Positions 1 through 8,925 of a stretch of DNA of 55,684 nt are shown piece after piece; position 1 is the first letter of the stretch; the number at the start of each line of letters is the position of its first letter. The notes beneath the pieces are model-generated. The model made no database searches. It saw only the letters and a list, made by a program, of their open reading frames with translations, and was not told the DNA's origin. This stretch comes from Dehalococcoidia bacterium (lineage in GTDB: Bacteria > Chloroflexota > Dehalococcoidia > UBA2979). Both the position numbers and the translations under genes were made by a program. The DNA lies in NCBI GenBank assembly GCA_050486345.1, contig JBJHDC010000002.1:889-56572 (forward strand), in the 5' to 3' direction.

Positions 1-674
1 TGGTCATCTCCTGGGGCCCCGTGCGCCAGGTGATCCCGCTCGCCGCCATCGAGCGACTCGTTCCCGGCACCTCTGTAGGTGTTCCCAAGGTCAGAGGCGT
101 CTCCTGGTTCGGCCACCACGTCGGCCAGGGCACCATCGATCGCATCGGGGCGGTGATGTTCTACTCCACCCATCAGGCGCAAGAGCAGGTGCTCTACGTC
201 ATGACCACGGAGCGCAACTACGCCATCTGCGTCGCGGACCCCACCGCCTTCGCCCGCGAAATCCAGCTCCGCCAGAACCTCGGCCCCACCGCCGAGGTCC
301 GCCACCACGTAGAGCGCGCGGACGCGCCCCTGCAGGCGTTCTGGGCGGACCAGACCGGCCGCGTCCTCGCCGGCCTCGCCATCGTCCTCTGCGTGGTGTT
401 GTGGGGTGCGTTCGGCGTCCAGTACCAGTCGCTCCCCGAAATGATCGATGTGCACTTCCCGCCCTACCAATCGAGGGCGATCGTGGAGCTCGTGGATCGC
501 CAGGTCCTGCTCGAGCTGCCTCAGCTCGCCACCATGCTGCTCGCCGCCAACCTCGCCGTCGGCTTCCTGCTCTACACGTGGGATCGAGCCGCCGCCTACG
601 CGGTCTTCGTGACGGGCGGCGTGCTGCAGGTGGGCTTCCTCGTGGCCTTCCAGGTGGCGATCCATGGGCAGTAG
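1..674 (+). CDS. membrane protein with N-terminal bacterial PH-like domain; 5' end probably lies outside the window
   Basis: The frame is open from nt 3 to TAG at 672-674 (track ORF 21..674). The N-terminal half resembles bPH/YdbT-type domains. The C-terminal half has three hydrophobic helices. Family call is from memory only. Confidence 0.4.
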   Translation, partial: VISWGPVRQVIPLAAIERLVPGTSVGVPKVRGVSWFGHHVGQGTIDRIGAVMFYSTHQAQEQVLYVMTTERNYAICVADPTAFAREIQLRQNLGPTAEVRHHVERADAPLQAFWADQTGRVLAGLAIVLCVVLWGAFGVQYQSLPEMIDVHFPPYQSRAIVELVDRQVLLELPQLATMLLAANLAVGFLLYTWDRAAAYAVFVTGGVLQVGFLVAFQVAIHGQ

Positions 675-713
675 GTCCGCGGTCCATCGAGGCCTCACCG
701 GGAGCGCACCGGC

Positions 714-1949
714 ATGACGGAGACACCCGAGCAGGGCCGCAACGGCCTCACGGCTGACGTGATCGTGGTCGGCTCCGGCCCCGCCGGCAGCACCGCCGCG
801 CGCACCATCGCAGAATCCGGCGCCAGTGTGCTGCTACTGGACCGCGCCCGCTTCCCGCGCGACAAGCCCTGCGGCGGCGGCGTCACCATCCGCTGCGCCA
901 ACCTGCTGCCATTCTCTATCGATCCGGTCGTGGAGGACGTCATCACCGCCGCCCGCCTCCGCATCCGCGGCCGTCGCGAGGTCACCAAGCGCACGGACGA
1001 ACCCATCACCTACATGACGCAGCGCCGCCGCCTGGACGCCTTCCTGGCCGAGCGCGCCCAGGAGTCAGGCGTCGAGTTCCGCGACGGCCAGACCGTGCGC
1101 AACGTCGTCCGCTACGGCGACGGCACCTTCGAGGTCACCACCGCCGATGGCGTCCACCGCAGCCGCGTGGTCATCGGTGCGGACGGCGCGAACGGTATCG
1201 TCGGTAACCGCCTCGGCTACGAGCACCACCAGGACGGCGCAGTGGCGCTCGAGGGCAACATGCCCTTCCCGGACGGCGTGCCGGACGAGTTCCGCGGCCA
1301 GGTGGTGCTCAACTTCGGTTACCTGCCCGGTGGCTACGCCTGGATCTTCCCCAAGGGCGACCACGTCAACGTAGGCGTCGGTGGCTGGCGTGATGTCTCC
1401 GGCCCCCTACTCCGCCCCGCCCTCCAGCGGGTCTGCCGCCTCTACGGCCTCGACCCGGACCGCCTCGAGCACCTCCGCGGCCACCACCTGCCCATGCAGC
1501 GGCGCGGCATGACCCTCGCCGCCAACGGCTCCGCCCTCATCGGTGACGCCGCCGGCCTCGTGGACCCGCTCTCCGGCGAGGGCATCTACGCCGCGCTGAT
1601 GTCGGGAACGGCGATCGCCGCCCCCGTGCGCGACTACCTCGATGGCCGCGAGCGCGATCTCAAGCCCTACCAGCGCGTGTTGGAGCAGGACTTGCTGCCG
1701 GAGGTCGATACCTCCGCGGCGCTCATGGACATCTTCCACGCCTGGCCGGAGCCCTTCGTCTGGGCGATCCAGCACGCCAGCCCGTTCTGGACCGGCGCAT
1801 GCCGCCTCGTCCGAGGTGACCGCACCTACATCGATCTCTCCCACGCCTTCGGCAGCCCCGGTCGCGCGCTCCTCCAGCCTGCTGCCCGCGCCGGTCGCAT
1901 GGTCCGCCGCCGGCGCACCCCGGCGCCCGCCCCGCGCGGAGCGGAGTAG
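714..1949 (+). CDS. geranylgeranyl reductase family FAD-dependent oxidoreductase
   Basis: ATG start. N-terminal dinucleotide fold VIVVGSGPAGSTAA..LLLDR followed by PRDKPCGGGV, typical of the geranylgeranyl reductase family. 411 aa. Confidence 0.8.
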   Translation: MTETPEQGRNGLTADVIVVGSGPAGSTAARTIAESGASVLLLDRARFPRDKPCGGGVTIRCANLLPFSIDPVVEDVITAARLRIRGRREVTKRTDEPITYMTQRRRLDAFLAERAQESGVEFRDGQTVRNVVRYGDGTFEVTTADGVHRSRVVIGADGANGIVGNRLGYEHHQDGAVALEGNMPFPDGVPDEFRGQVVLNFGYLPGGYAWIFPKGDHVNVGVGGWRDVSGPLLRPALQRVCRLYGLDPDRLEHLRGHHLPMQRRGMTLAANGSALIGDAAGLVDPLSGEGIYAALMSGTAIAAPVRDYLDGRERDLKPYQRVLEQDLLPEVDTSAALMDIFHAWPEPFVWAIQHASPFWTGACRLVRGDRTYIDLSHAFGSPGRALLQPAARAGRMVRRRRTPAPAPRGAE

Positions 1950-1953
1950 CCGC

Positions 1954-3483
1954 GTGCTCCCGAGGCAGGACGGAGCGCGCACAGGGACGCTCACAACAGG
2001 TCGCCACTCCGTGCCGCTGCGGCTCCTCGTCACCGCACTCCTCCTCGCCGCCCTCGCCGCCGCCTGCGCCGCGCAGCCGGTCGAGGACACCCCCGCGCCC
2101 ACCGAAACGCGCGTCTTCCAGCCCGCCTCCACCGCAACGCCCGTGTCCCAGGTGGAACCGCTGCAGCCAGACGAGATCGAGGACGTGCTGCGCGAGGTGA
2201 TCTGCTGGTACGACGATCCGGGTCAGGCCAGCGCCTGCATCCCACCCGGCGAGGAGACACTGGCGGCGCTCCAGCGCATCGCGCTCTCCGCCGACCCGCG
2301 TTTCATCGCCCCGCTGGTGGACATGCTCTGGCTGGAGGTCGGCTGGGAACGCTGGGTCCTGGAAGCCTTGGAGCGCGTGAGCGAACAGCGCTTCGCGACC
2401 GTCGCGGACTGGGTGCGCTGGATCGCGCTCGAGCAGCCGCCACTCCCCGAGGGCTACAGCGAGTGGAAGGGCCGCCTGCTCTCCCTGGTAGACGAACGCT
2501 TCGCCGTCCTCATTCACGACGAAGGCGGGCTCGGCGCGGAGCAGCTGGTCTGGGCCCACGTCAGCTCCACCGACTTCCCCCCGCTCACCGAACCCACCAC
2601 GGTGCACCGCGTGGAGCAGAACTACCTCGCTCCCGCCGACCGCGTGATCGGCGTACTCATCGATGGCGAAGCACGCGCCTACCCGGAGCGCATCATCGCC
2701 TGGCACGGCATCGTGCGAGACTCCGTCGCCGGGCGCCCCATCGTCATCTGGCACTGCCCGTCGTGCGGCGGCGCAGTGGCGTTCGATGCCCGCGCCTCCA
2801 ACGGTTCCATCTACACCTTCGGCACATCCGGCCTCGCCTACGACTCACGGCGGCTGGTGTTCGATGAGCAGACCCGCAGCCTCTGGGATCCAGTCTCCGG
2901 GCAACCGCTGCACGGCCCCCTCGCCGGCGCCGAGGTCACGCTCAACCTCGTGAACACCCAGCGCACCACCTGGGGATCATGGTCCGCCCGCTATCCCAAC
3001 ACCCGCGTCCTCGGCCTCGATACCGGCCACGTCCGCGACTACGACGAAGGCGTCGCGCTCCGCCTGGAACAGGCCACCGAGGGCCCCACGTTCCCCGTCG
3101 TTGAGCTCGACGACCGCCACGAGCCAAAGCGGCACGTGCTGGGGGTCTCCATCAACGGCCAGCACAAGGCCTACGACCTCGCCCGCGTCGAAACCATGGG
3201 CCTCCTGCGTGACACCGTGGGCGGCCAGTCCATCCTCATCCTCGGATTCGGCCCCGGCCAGGGCGCAACGGTCTACGCCGCCGGTGGCGTCACCTTCCAG
3301 ACCCTCCAGGGCGCCGGCGAAAACCGGGAGGTCATCGATGATGAAGATCTCGCCTGGTGGGTCGACGAAGAAGGTCTCCTCAACCAGCGCAACGGCACCA
3401 CGCTCCCCATGATCCCCTCGCAAGTCGCCTACTGGTTCGCCTGGTCCGGCGCCCACCCCACCACCGCCCTCTGGAACCCATAG
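1954..3483 (+). CDS. DUF3179 domain-containing lipoprotein
   Basis: GTG at 1954 lies 5 nt after the upstream stop. Signal/lipobox-like LLLAALAAAC. DUF3179-like core: DGEARAYP...WHCPSCGGAVAFD...GTSGLAYDSRRLVFDEQT. The track ORF start at 1642 overlaps the previous gene and is rejected. Confidence 0.7.
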   Translation: MLPRQDGARTGTLTTGRHSVPLRLLVTALLLAALAAACAAQPVEDTPAPTETRVFQPASTATPVSQVEPLQPDEIEDVLREVICWYDDPGQASACIPPGEETLAALQRIALSADPRFIAPLVDMLWLEVGWERWVLEALERVSEQRFATVADWVRWIALEQPPLPEGYSEWKGRLLSLVDERFAVLIHDEGGLGAEQLVWAHVSSTDFPPLTEPTTVHRVEQNYLAPADRVIGVLIDGEARAYPERIIAWHGIVRDSVAGRPIVIWHCPSCGGAVAFDARASNGSIYTFGTSGLAYDSRRLVFDEQTRSLWDPVSGQPLHGPLAGAEVTLNLVNTQRTTWGSWSARYPNTRVLGLDTGHVRDYDEGVALRLEQATEGPTFPVVELDDRHEPKRHVLGVSINGQHKAYDLARVETMGLLRDTVGGQSILILGFGPGQGATVYAAGGVTFQTLQGAGENREVIDDEDLAWWVDEEGLLNQRNGTTLPMIPSQVAYWFAWSGAHPTTALWNP

Positions 3484-3541
3484 CCGTTAGCTCGTCCTGT
3501 GCTCGACGTTGCGATGCCGGAGCGACTCGTGGTCGCGGAAG

Positions 3542-3602
3542 CCCAACCCCCGTCCAACCTGCGCCGGACGACGGACGCCGCGAAGGCGGCGGGGGGTTTG
3601 GG
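3542..3602. terminator. compound GC-rich hairpin between convergent genes
   Basis: Outer arms CCCAACCCCCG / CGGGGGGTTTGGG (one bulge) enclose an inner GCCGC-GAAG-GCGGC stem-loop. It sits between the DUF3179 stop (3483) and the minus-strand stop (3639). Confidence 0.4.
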
Positions 3603-3638
3603 ATTCTAGGACCACTCAGGCCACGGAGCCTGCCGGCA

Positions 3639-4658
3639 CTACTTGAGGTTCCGCGGCCGCAGGCGCATCAGCCACATCGCCGCGAGCCCGCTGGCGACCG
3701 CCCACAGAACCAGCACCACGTGGGACCCGATTGCGTACGCGCTGGCGTCTCCACGCGTCGCACCGAACAGGACGGCGCTCTCCGCCACCGCAATCTCGTA
3801 CGGTCCGACGTTCGGGAACAGCGGGATGGCCAGGACGATTCCGATCACGACCATCACAGCCACGTAGTCGGCCGGCCCCAGTGGGAGGCCAAACGCCACG
3901 CCGATCATCCAGTACGCGGCCGCCTCCAGCAGCCGCAGCAGAAACGTCAGCGCGAGCACACCCCCGAACCGCTTGCTGCTGCGTAACGATGCGAGGCCGT
4001 TCAGGATCCCCGGCAGCCAGTCCGCCGCCCGTTGCTGCAGCGACGCGGGGAGGGAGCGGATCGGACGCACGTGCGAGAAGTCCCGGCCGGTATCCACCCG
4101 TGCCAGCCGCACCGCGCCGAATAGGGTGGCTGCAACGACGACACCGATCGTTGTGGCCTCCGCTGCGCCAATGAAAGGCAGGTTGAGGAACGGCAGCAGC
4201 ACCAGCATCAGGAGCACGAACGCTACGGAGTCGACCAGCGTTTCGGTGGCCATCACGTTGCTCGCGAGTTCCGAGCGTTCGATGTCCAGGCGGCGGTGGG
4301 TGAGCTCAATCCGAAGCACGTCTCCGGCTCGAGCCGGGACCAGGATATTCACCATGTTGGACATGAAGAGGATCCCCGTCAGGGTGGGGAGTGGGAGATC
4401 CCGGCGCTCCGGCATGAACATCCGCCAGCGATACGCAAACAGGACGCGCGAAAGGGCAAAGAGGCCGGCAGCGGGCAGAATCCAGCGGAAGTCCGCCTCC
4501 GTGAAGCGCTGGAACGCCTCGCTCACGTCGAGCCGCCAGACGACCAGCGCGATCGCGATGGCGGCCAGCACGAACCGCAACAGGAGTCTGACGTATCGGT
4601 TGCCCAGCGCGTTCACGTGGCGGCCACCTCCCGTCTCATCGACGATCGAGGCTGGCAC
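3639..4658 (-). CDS. lysylphosphatidylglycerol synthase TM-region-like (UPF0104/flippase-like) membrane protein
   Basis: 339 aa and polytopic. The N-terminus (LLLRFVLAAIAIALVVWRLDVSEAF...FAYRWRMF) matches the characteristic start of the LPG_synthase_TM family. Confidence 0.65.
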   Translation of the reverse strand: MPASIVDETGGGRHVNALGNRYVRLLLRFVLAAIAIALVVWRLDVSEAFQRFTEADFRWILPAAGLFALSRVLFAYRWRMFMPERRDLPLPTLTGILFMSNMVNILVPARAGDVLRIELTHRRLDIERSELASNVMATETLVDSVAFVLLMLVLLPFLNLPFIGAAEATTIGVVVAATLFGAVRLARVDTGRDFSHVRPIRSLPASLQQRAADWLPGILNGLASLRSSKRFGGVLALTFLLRLLEAAAYWMIGVAFGLPLGPADYVAVMVVIGIVLAIPLFPNVGPYEIAVAESAVLFGATRGDASAYAIGSHVVLVLWAVASGLAAMWLMRLRPRNLK

Positions 4659-4743
4659 AGGAGCCTCGGTGCAGCGACCCTGACACGGTGATCAGGACAC
4701 CCGCAGGAATCGCACGCCCTGGCAGTTCAGGCGGACTCGCCCG

Positions 4744-5949
4744 CTACCCAACCGCTCCCCGCGGCCCCTCGATGAACGGCAGCGGCACTACCGCGGCCTC
4801 CTCCGGCACCCCATCCGTGTCCACCACCACCCGCTCGAGGCCCGGTGGCAGATAGGCCAGCGCGATGCCGGCGTTGAGGACCGGCGAGAAGGTCGCGTTC
4901 ACGCACGCGCCCAGGTCGCGCGCCGCCATCGAGATGCGTGAGCCCCGTTTCGCCAGCCGCCGCCCCTCCAGCTGCACACCCTGCAGCGTGCGCTCCAGCT
5001 CACCGCGCTCGGCGTGGTGCGATACGTTGCCCAGCGCCTCACGCCCCGTGAACGCCCGCGGGCCATTCGCACCATCGAGGTGAACCAAATCGCCCAGGCC
5101 CGCGTGGAACGGCGTCGCGGGCGCGGGCGTCTCCGTGGGCGCTTCGATGAGCCCGGCCTCCATGCGCATCGCGTCGTACGCCGCGAGGCCCGCCGGCGTG
5201 ATGTCCAGCGTCAGCGCGCTCTCCCAGAAGTGCTCGCCCACCTCGGGCGAGACGATGAACCAGTAGCCGTCCTCGCCAAAGTCACTCACGTGCGCGACCA
5301 GCGCTCGATAGCCACCGAGCAGGATTTCGTGCGCCTCGTTCAGCGGCACCGCCCCGGGGATCGTCTGCCCCACGACGCCCTCGAGGAGCTGCGCCGCCGC
5401 GGGCCCCTGCACGGAGAGCAGCACCGATTCCGTGAGTCGGTCGCGCACCACGACATCCTCGCCCGGCGCGATCGCACTCTCCACCGCTTCGAGCAGCGTC
5501 TGCTGCGCGCGCGGACCGGTCACCACCAGCCAGCGCCCCTCGTCGAGATGCGCGAGGTGCGCGATGTCGAGCATCGTCCCGTCATCTCGGCACGCCACCG
5601 CTCGACGGATGCCACCCACCGGCACGCGACTCGGGTCGCTCGCGAAGACGCGGTCGAGGACCTCAATCGCTCGCTCGCCAGTCACATAGAACCGCCCCAC
5701 GTGGGAGCGGTCCATGATCACAGCCCGCTCCCGGGCGATCTGCTGCTCGTCGTAGGTCCCCGCGTACCACAGCGGGAGGGTGAAGAAGTGCACCGGCGCG
5801 GGGTGCCACCCCGCCCGCAGGTGCAAATGCGCCAGCGGCAGCACGTTGGTGCGCACACCCTCAGGCTGCGGCCCGCCGATCGATCCCGGCTGGATCACCG
5901 GCAGGAAGTCACCAAGGTGGTCAAATGGCGGCCCGCCGTTGGAGGTCAT
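4744..5949 (-). CDS. aminomethyltransferase (GcvT) family folate-binding protein, divergent
   Basis: GcvT-like motifs: RERAVIMDRSHVGRFYVTGERA, AYDAMRMEAGL, and a C-terminal barrel. I chose the ATG at 5949 (MTSNGG...). The track ORF extends to 6120 through implausible sequence. No clear SD, so the start is uncertain. Confidence 0.65.
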   Translation of the reverse strand: MTSNGGPPFDHLGDFLPVIQPGSIGGPQPEGVRTNVLPLAHLHLRAGWHPAPVHFFTLPLWYAGTYDEQQIARERAVIMDRSHVGRFYVTGERAIEVLDRVFASDPSRVPVGGIRRAVACRDDGTMLDIAHLAHLDEGRWLVVTGPRAQQTLLEAVESAIAPGEDVVVRDRLTESVLLSVQGPAAAQLLEGVVGQTIPGAVPLNEAHEILLGGYRALVAHVSDFGEDGYWFIVSPEVGEHFWESALTLDITPAGLAAYDAMRMEAGLIEAPTETPAPATPFHAGLGDLVHLDGANGPRAFTGREALGNVSHHAERGELERTLQGVQLEGRRLAKRGSRISMAARDLGACVNATFSPVLNAGIALAYLPPGLERVVVDTDGVPEEAAVVPLPFIEGPRGAVG

Positions 5950-6186
5950 GCGGTCAGTGTCTCGGATCGAGGCACGAGGGGCGACCGGTTCCCGTGCCAC
6001 CCCCACCTGCGAGCACGCGCCGCGCCCCGGTACACCAATCCCAACGCCCCCACAGAGGAGGGCGCCATCGCCGTACCCGCCCAGCAGGAGCACGGACCTA
6101 TGCAACAAACGATCGAGCAAATCACCGGGGCCAGACGTGAAACGACCCCCGAGAATTTTTTCTCAGATTCAGCGACGCGAAAGTTG

Positions 6187-6204
6187 GTGAAGGGAATCCT
6201 TCAC
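6187..6204 (-). terminator. hairpin 13 nt downstream of the MBL gene stop
   Basis: Minus strand reads GTGAAGG-ATTC-CCTTCAC (7-bp stem, 4-nt loop) followed by CAACTTTCG. No strong U-tract. Confidence 0.4.
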
Positions 6205-6216
6205 ACAAATACCGGC

Positions 6217-7122
6217 TCAGTGCGCATGCCCGTGCGCATCAAACGGCAGCCCCTCACCGACGGGCTCCAGGTCCACCCACTTGCGGAAGCCCTCCTCCGT
6301 GCGGGTCATGCGCCCCACGCCGGGGTAAGGCCCGTGGCAGAACATGATCAGCGCCCCCGCGTCGATGCACTCATCCATCAGCTGCTTCTTCGTCTCCATC
6401 GATACCAGCGGCAGGATGTCCACGCCCGACACCCACGCCGTGCGCTCCAGCTGCACCCGGTGCTGCGCGAGGTCGCCCAGGTAGACGCCCCACTCCTGCC
6501 CGGACCGGACCACCACCGTGCTGTGCCCCTCCGTGTGACCGGGCGCCGGCACGAAGATCACCTCATCCGTGATCTGAGTCTCGCCATCCAGCAGCTCCAG
6601 CCGATTGGCGATCGGGTCGAGGTTCCGCGAGAGGTAAGTCGCACGCGTGCGCTCGTTCGGGTGGGTGGCGTCCTCCCACTCCTGCTGGCTGATGTAGTAC
6701 GTCGCGTTGGGGAACGTGGGCACCGGCTCCTCCGCCCCATCCGGCATTGCGGTGTTCCACCCGCAGTGGTCCGCATGCAGGTGCGTGTTCACGACCACAT
6801 CGATATCCGCCGGCTGCACCCCCAGCGCAGCGAGCGAGGTCAACAGCGTCCCCTCCTCCGCCGGGGAGGCAGCATCACGGTCGCCGGGCTTATCACCCAC
6901 GCCCGTCTCAATCAGGATCGTCTTGCCACGCGACCGCAGCAGCACGCAGTTCAGCCCCAGCGGAATCCGGTAGCGCTCGTCCATCGGTGGCGCCTGCCGC
7001 TCCCACATCACCCGCGGCACCACGCCGAACACCGCCCCGGCATCGAACCAGTACGTGCCATCGTTCACCACGGCCAGGTCAACCGCACCAACCTGGAATC
7101 GTGCTCCGCTGGGAAGGGTCAT
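6217..7122 (-). CDS. MBL-fold metallo-hydrolase (lactonase-like)
   Basis: HxHxDH motif NTHLHADHCGW, a later PAPGHTEGH, and C-terminal His residues. 301 aa. Confidence 0.8.
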   Translation of the reverse strand: MTLPSGARFQVGAVDLAVVNDGTYWFDAGAVFGVVPRVMWERQAPPMDERYRIPLGLNCVLLRSRGKTILIETGVGDKPGDRDAASPAEEGTLLTSLAALGVQPADIDVVVNTHLHADHCGWNTAMPDGAEEPVPTFPNATYYISQQEWEDATHPNERTRATYLSRNLDPIANRLELLDGETQITDEVIFVPAPGHTEGHSTVVVRSGQEWGVYLGDLAQHRVQLERTAWVSGVDILPLVSMETKKQLMDECIDAGALIMFCHGPYPGVGRMTRTEEGFRKWVDLEPVGEGLPFDAHGHAH

Positions 7123-7238
7123 GCTGCTGGCTCCTCTGCCTGTGCTGTCCGTCGTGGCGACCGCTGGTGCCGTGTCCGTGAGATTGATACGTGCTGGGGC
7201 TCTTCTCGCGATCCTGCGCTACCAGAGCGCTCGACGGT

Positions 7239-7315
7239 CCCGGGATCCCGGTACCCGTTCATCCTGAGCTTGTCGAAGGACGCCGCGAACGCGGCGCGGG
7301 TACGGGGATCCCGGG
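7239..7315. repeat. compound palindrome carrying a half copy of the PELVEG/SLSKD-type REP-like repeat
   Basis: The 19-nt arms CCCGGGATCCCGGTACCCG (7239-7257) and CGGGTACGGGGATCCCGGG (7297-7315) are reverse complements at 18/19 positions. The loop contains CCGTTCaTCCTGAGCTTGTCGAAG (7255-7278), which matches 26891-26914 at 23/24 positions. Confidence 0.6.
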
Positions 7316-7404
7316 GGTGCAGACGCCACGGCGCCCGCGGACACGTCCCCTCTGCGAGACCGGCCTCTGTCGAACGTATCGCGAGAACTCATGGAGGGGA
7401 CACC

Positions 7405-7818
7405 CTAGTACCCCCACGAGATCACGCGGTCCGGCCGCACCCGGAACACCATCGAGGTCTCCGGCGTCGCCGTCCGCGAGGCCATGTAGCCGCGCCCGCC
7501 CTCCTCACCGAGGTAGTGCACGGCGAGTTTAGTGAGCGTCGCCTCGTAGTCGGCATCCTCAACGGGCTCCGCCATGCCCTCGAGGATCGCGGCCTGATAC
7601 GGGTCATCCTTCGTGTCCACGCAGAGGGTGACGCGCGGATCACGCTCGATGTTCCGCCACTTCCGCGTGTACGTCTGCGTGCAGATCAGCGCCGCGCCGT
7701 CGCGCCACAGATGCCAGACCGGCGCCAGCGAGGGCCGGCCGTCGGCGTCAATGGTGCCCAGCACGCTCACCAGCGGTCGCGCAAGCAGTGCATCGAGTTC
7801 ATCGGACGGAAGAGACAT
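7405..7818 (-). CDS. pyridoxamine 5'-phosphate oxidase family (PPOX-class, probably F420/FMN-dependent) protein
   Basis: 137 aa. LGTIDADGRPSLAPVWHLW...NIERDPRVTLCVD is typical of the PPOX split-barrel family. Confidence 0.7.
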   Translation of the reverse strand: MSLPSDELDALLARPLVSVLGTIDADGRPSLAPVWHLWRDGAALICTQTYTRKWRNIERDPRVTLCVDTKDDPYQAAILEGMAEPVEDADYEATLTKLAVHYLGEEGGRGYMASRTATPETSMVFRVRPDRVISWGY

Positions 7819-7839
7819 CAGAACCTCCGCGCGCGCTGC

Positions 7840-8706
7840 CTACTGGGTGACCACCTCGAACCGGTACCCCTCATCAACGCGACGCACGCGACCCAGTGTC
7901 GGAATGTCGAAGTGAGGCGCAGTCACCAGCGCGTCCCGCTCCACGGCCACCTCGCAGATCTTGCGCCGGGAGCGTGTGGTCTCCGAAGGGTCCACGTCCA
8001 CGCTCGCCACCCAGTCGTGGTGCTCCAGCATCGACTTGTGGTGCGTGAGGTCACCGAGGATCAGCAGGTGCTCCCCCTGCGACGCCAGCATGACGGAATT
8101 GTGGCCCGGCGTGTGCCCGGGCGTGGGGATGGTGGTGAACCCCGGACTCACCTCGTACTCACCATCGAAGGTCACCATCCGCCCGGCATCCATGGCGCGG
8201 GAGACGCCGCGGTAGGCGACCTGCCCGCGCTCCGTCCCGATCACCGCCGGGTGGAACCAGTAGTCGATCTCCCGCTGGGAGACCACCACGGTTGCGTTGG
8301 GGAAGTGCTCCACCTCGTCCGCGCCCTCGCCCGTCACGCTCCAGCCCACGTGGTCGCGGTGGAGGTGGGTGTGGAAGAGGACATCGATGTCCTCTGGCCG
8401 CACGTCCAGCTCGCCCAGGCGGTCCAGCAGCCCGTCCATGCCCGGTGTGCCCGGTTCGAACTGGCCCGGCCCCATGCCGGAGTCGATGAGGATCTTGCGC
8501 TGCCCGTCCTGCACCAGGAACGCGCCGAAGTTGAACGGCTGCGGCTCCGAAGGATCTGCCAGCCCCAGCTCCCTCCCCCACACCTCCGGGTCAATCCCCA
8601 GAAAGAAGTTGCCCAGGTCCCGGAGCGGGACCCCGTCGGAAAGGACGGCAACCTTGAGTGCGCCCACGGTGAACTGCGCGCTGAGTTGCGGGGAATCGGA
8701 TGGCAT
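7840..8706 (-). CDS. MBL-fold metallo-hydrolase, paralog of 6217..7122
   Basis: Motifs HTHLHRDHVGW and PTPGHTPGH. Collinear similarity to the upstream MBL protein throughout. I chose the ATG at 8706 (MPSDSPQ...); the track ORF starts at 8820. Confidence 0.75.
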   Translation of the reverse strand: MPSDSPQLSAQFTVGALKVAVLSDGVPLRDLGNFFLGIDPEVWGRELGLADPSEPQPFNFGAFLVQDGQRKILIDSGMGPGQFEPGTPGMDGLLDRLGELDVRPEDIDVLFHTHLHRDHVGWSVTGEGADEVEHFPNATVVVSQREIDYWFHPAVIGTERGQVAYRGVSRAMDAGRMVTFDGEYEVSPGFTTIPTPGHTPGHNSVMLASQGEHLLILGDLTHHKSMLEHHDWVASVDVDPSETTRSRRKICEVAVERDALVTAPHFDIPTLGRVRRVDEGYRFEVVTQ

Positions 8707-8925
8707 GAGGCTCTCATTTCGTTCGTGTGCCGATGCGCTCGGTGCCGTCGGTGGCTTGTCCAGGGGCACGGATTCGCGATGATGCGCGCTCTCCCGAAGC
8801 CGCGCAAGGTGGCCCGGCATGTGGCCTCGGATTGGACCGCTTGCCGTCGATTCTCGGGCACTCCTATGATTTCGCTCACTGACAGGTGCATGGCACCCGT
8901 TTCAACCCGCTACAGGAGCACTGGA

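Noticed and set aside
1642-1953. N-terminal extensions proposed by the ORF track for several genes: 1642 (DUF3179), 6120, 8820, 12805, 19532, 29228, 31002, 32249, 33369, 35020, 34999, 35810, 37270, 41532, 44533.
   Set aside because: The extensions overlap the preceding gene or translate to Arg/Pro/Ser/Gly-rich sequence. In each case an internal ATG or GTG with an SD-like motif coincides with the start of the conserved domain or signal peptide.
6186-6206. GGTGAAGGGAATCCTTCACAC as a Rex operator.
   Set aside because: The half-sites GTGAA/TTCAC are separated by 8 nt rather than the roughly 4 nt of the TTGTGAA-N4-TTCACAA consensus, and the site lies directly after a stop codon. It fits better as a 7-bp terminator hairpin.
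5950-6216. A possible glycine riboswitch or other leader upstream of the GcvT-family gene (267-nt spacer, minus strand).
   Set aside because: I reverse-complemented the spacer and looked for the conserved glycine-aptamer elements (GGAGAG ... ACCGAAGGGGCAA-type cores). None are present. Only generic hairpins and an AT-richer stretch were found. A covariance-model scan (Rfam) would be the decisive test.
8707-8925. A T-box or attenuator leader upstream of ilvE (219-nt divergent spacer).
   Set aside because: There is no T-box core (GGGTGGNACCGCG-like) and no Leu/Ile/Val-rich leader peptide followed by a terminator. AAGGTGGCCCGGC is only a superficial resemblance.
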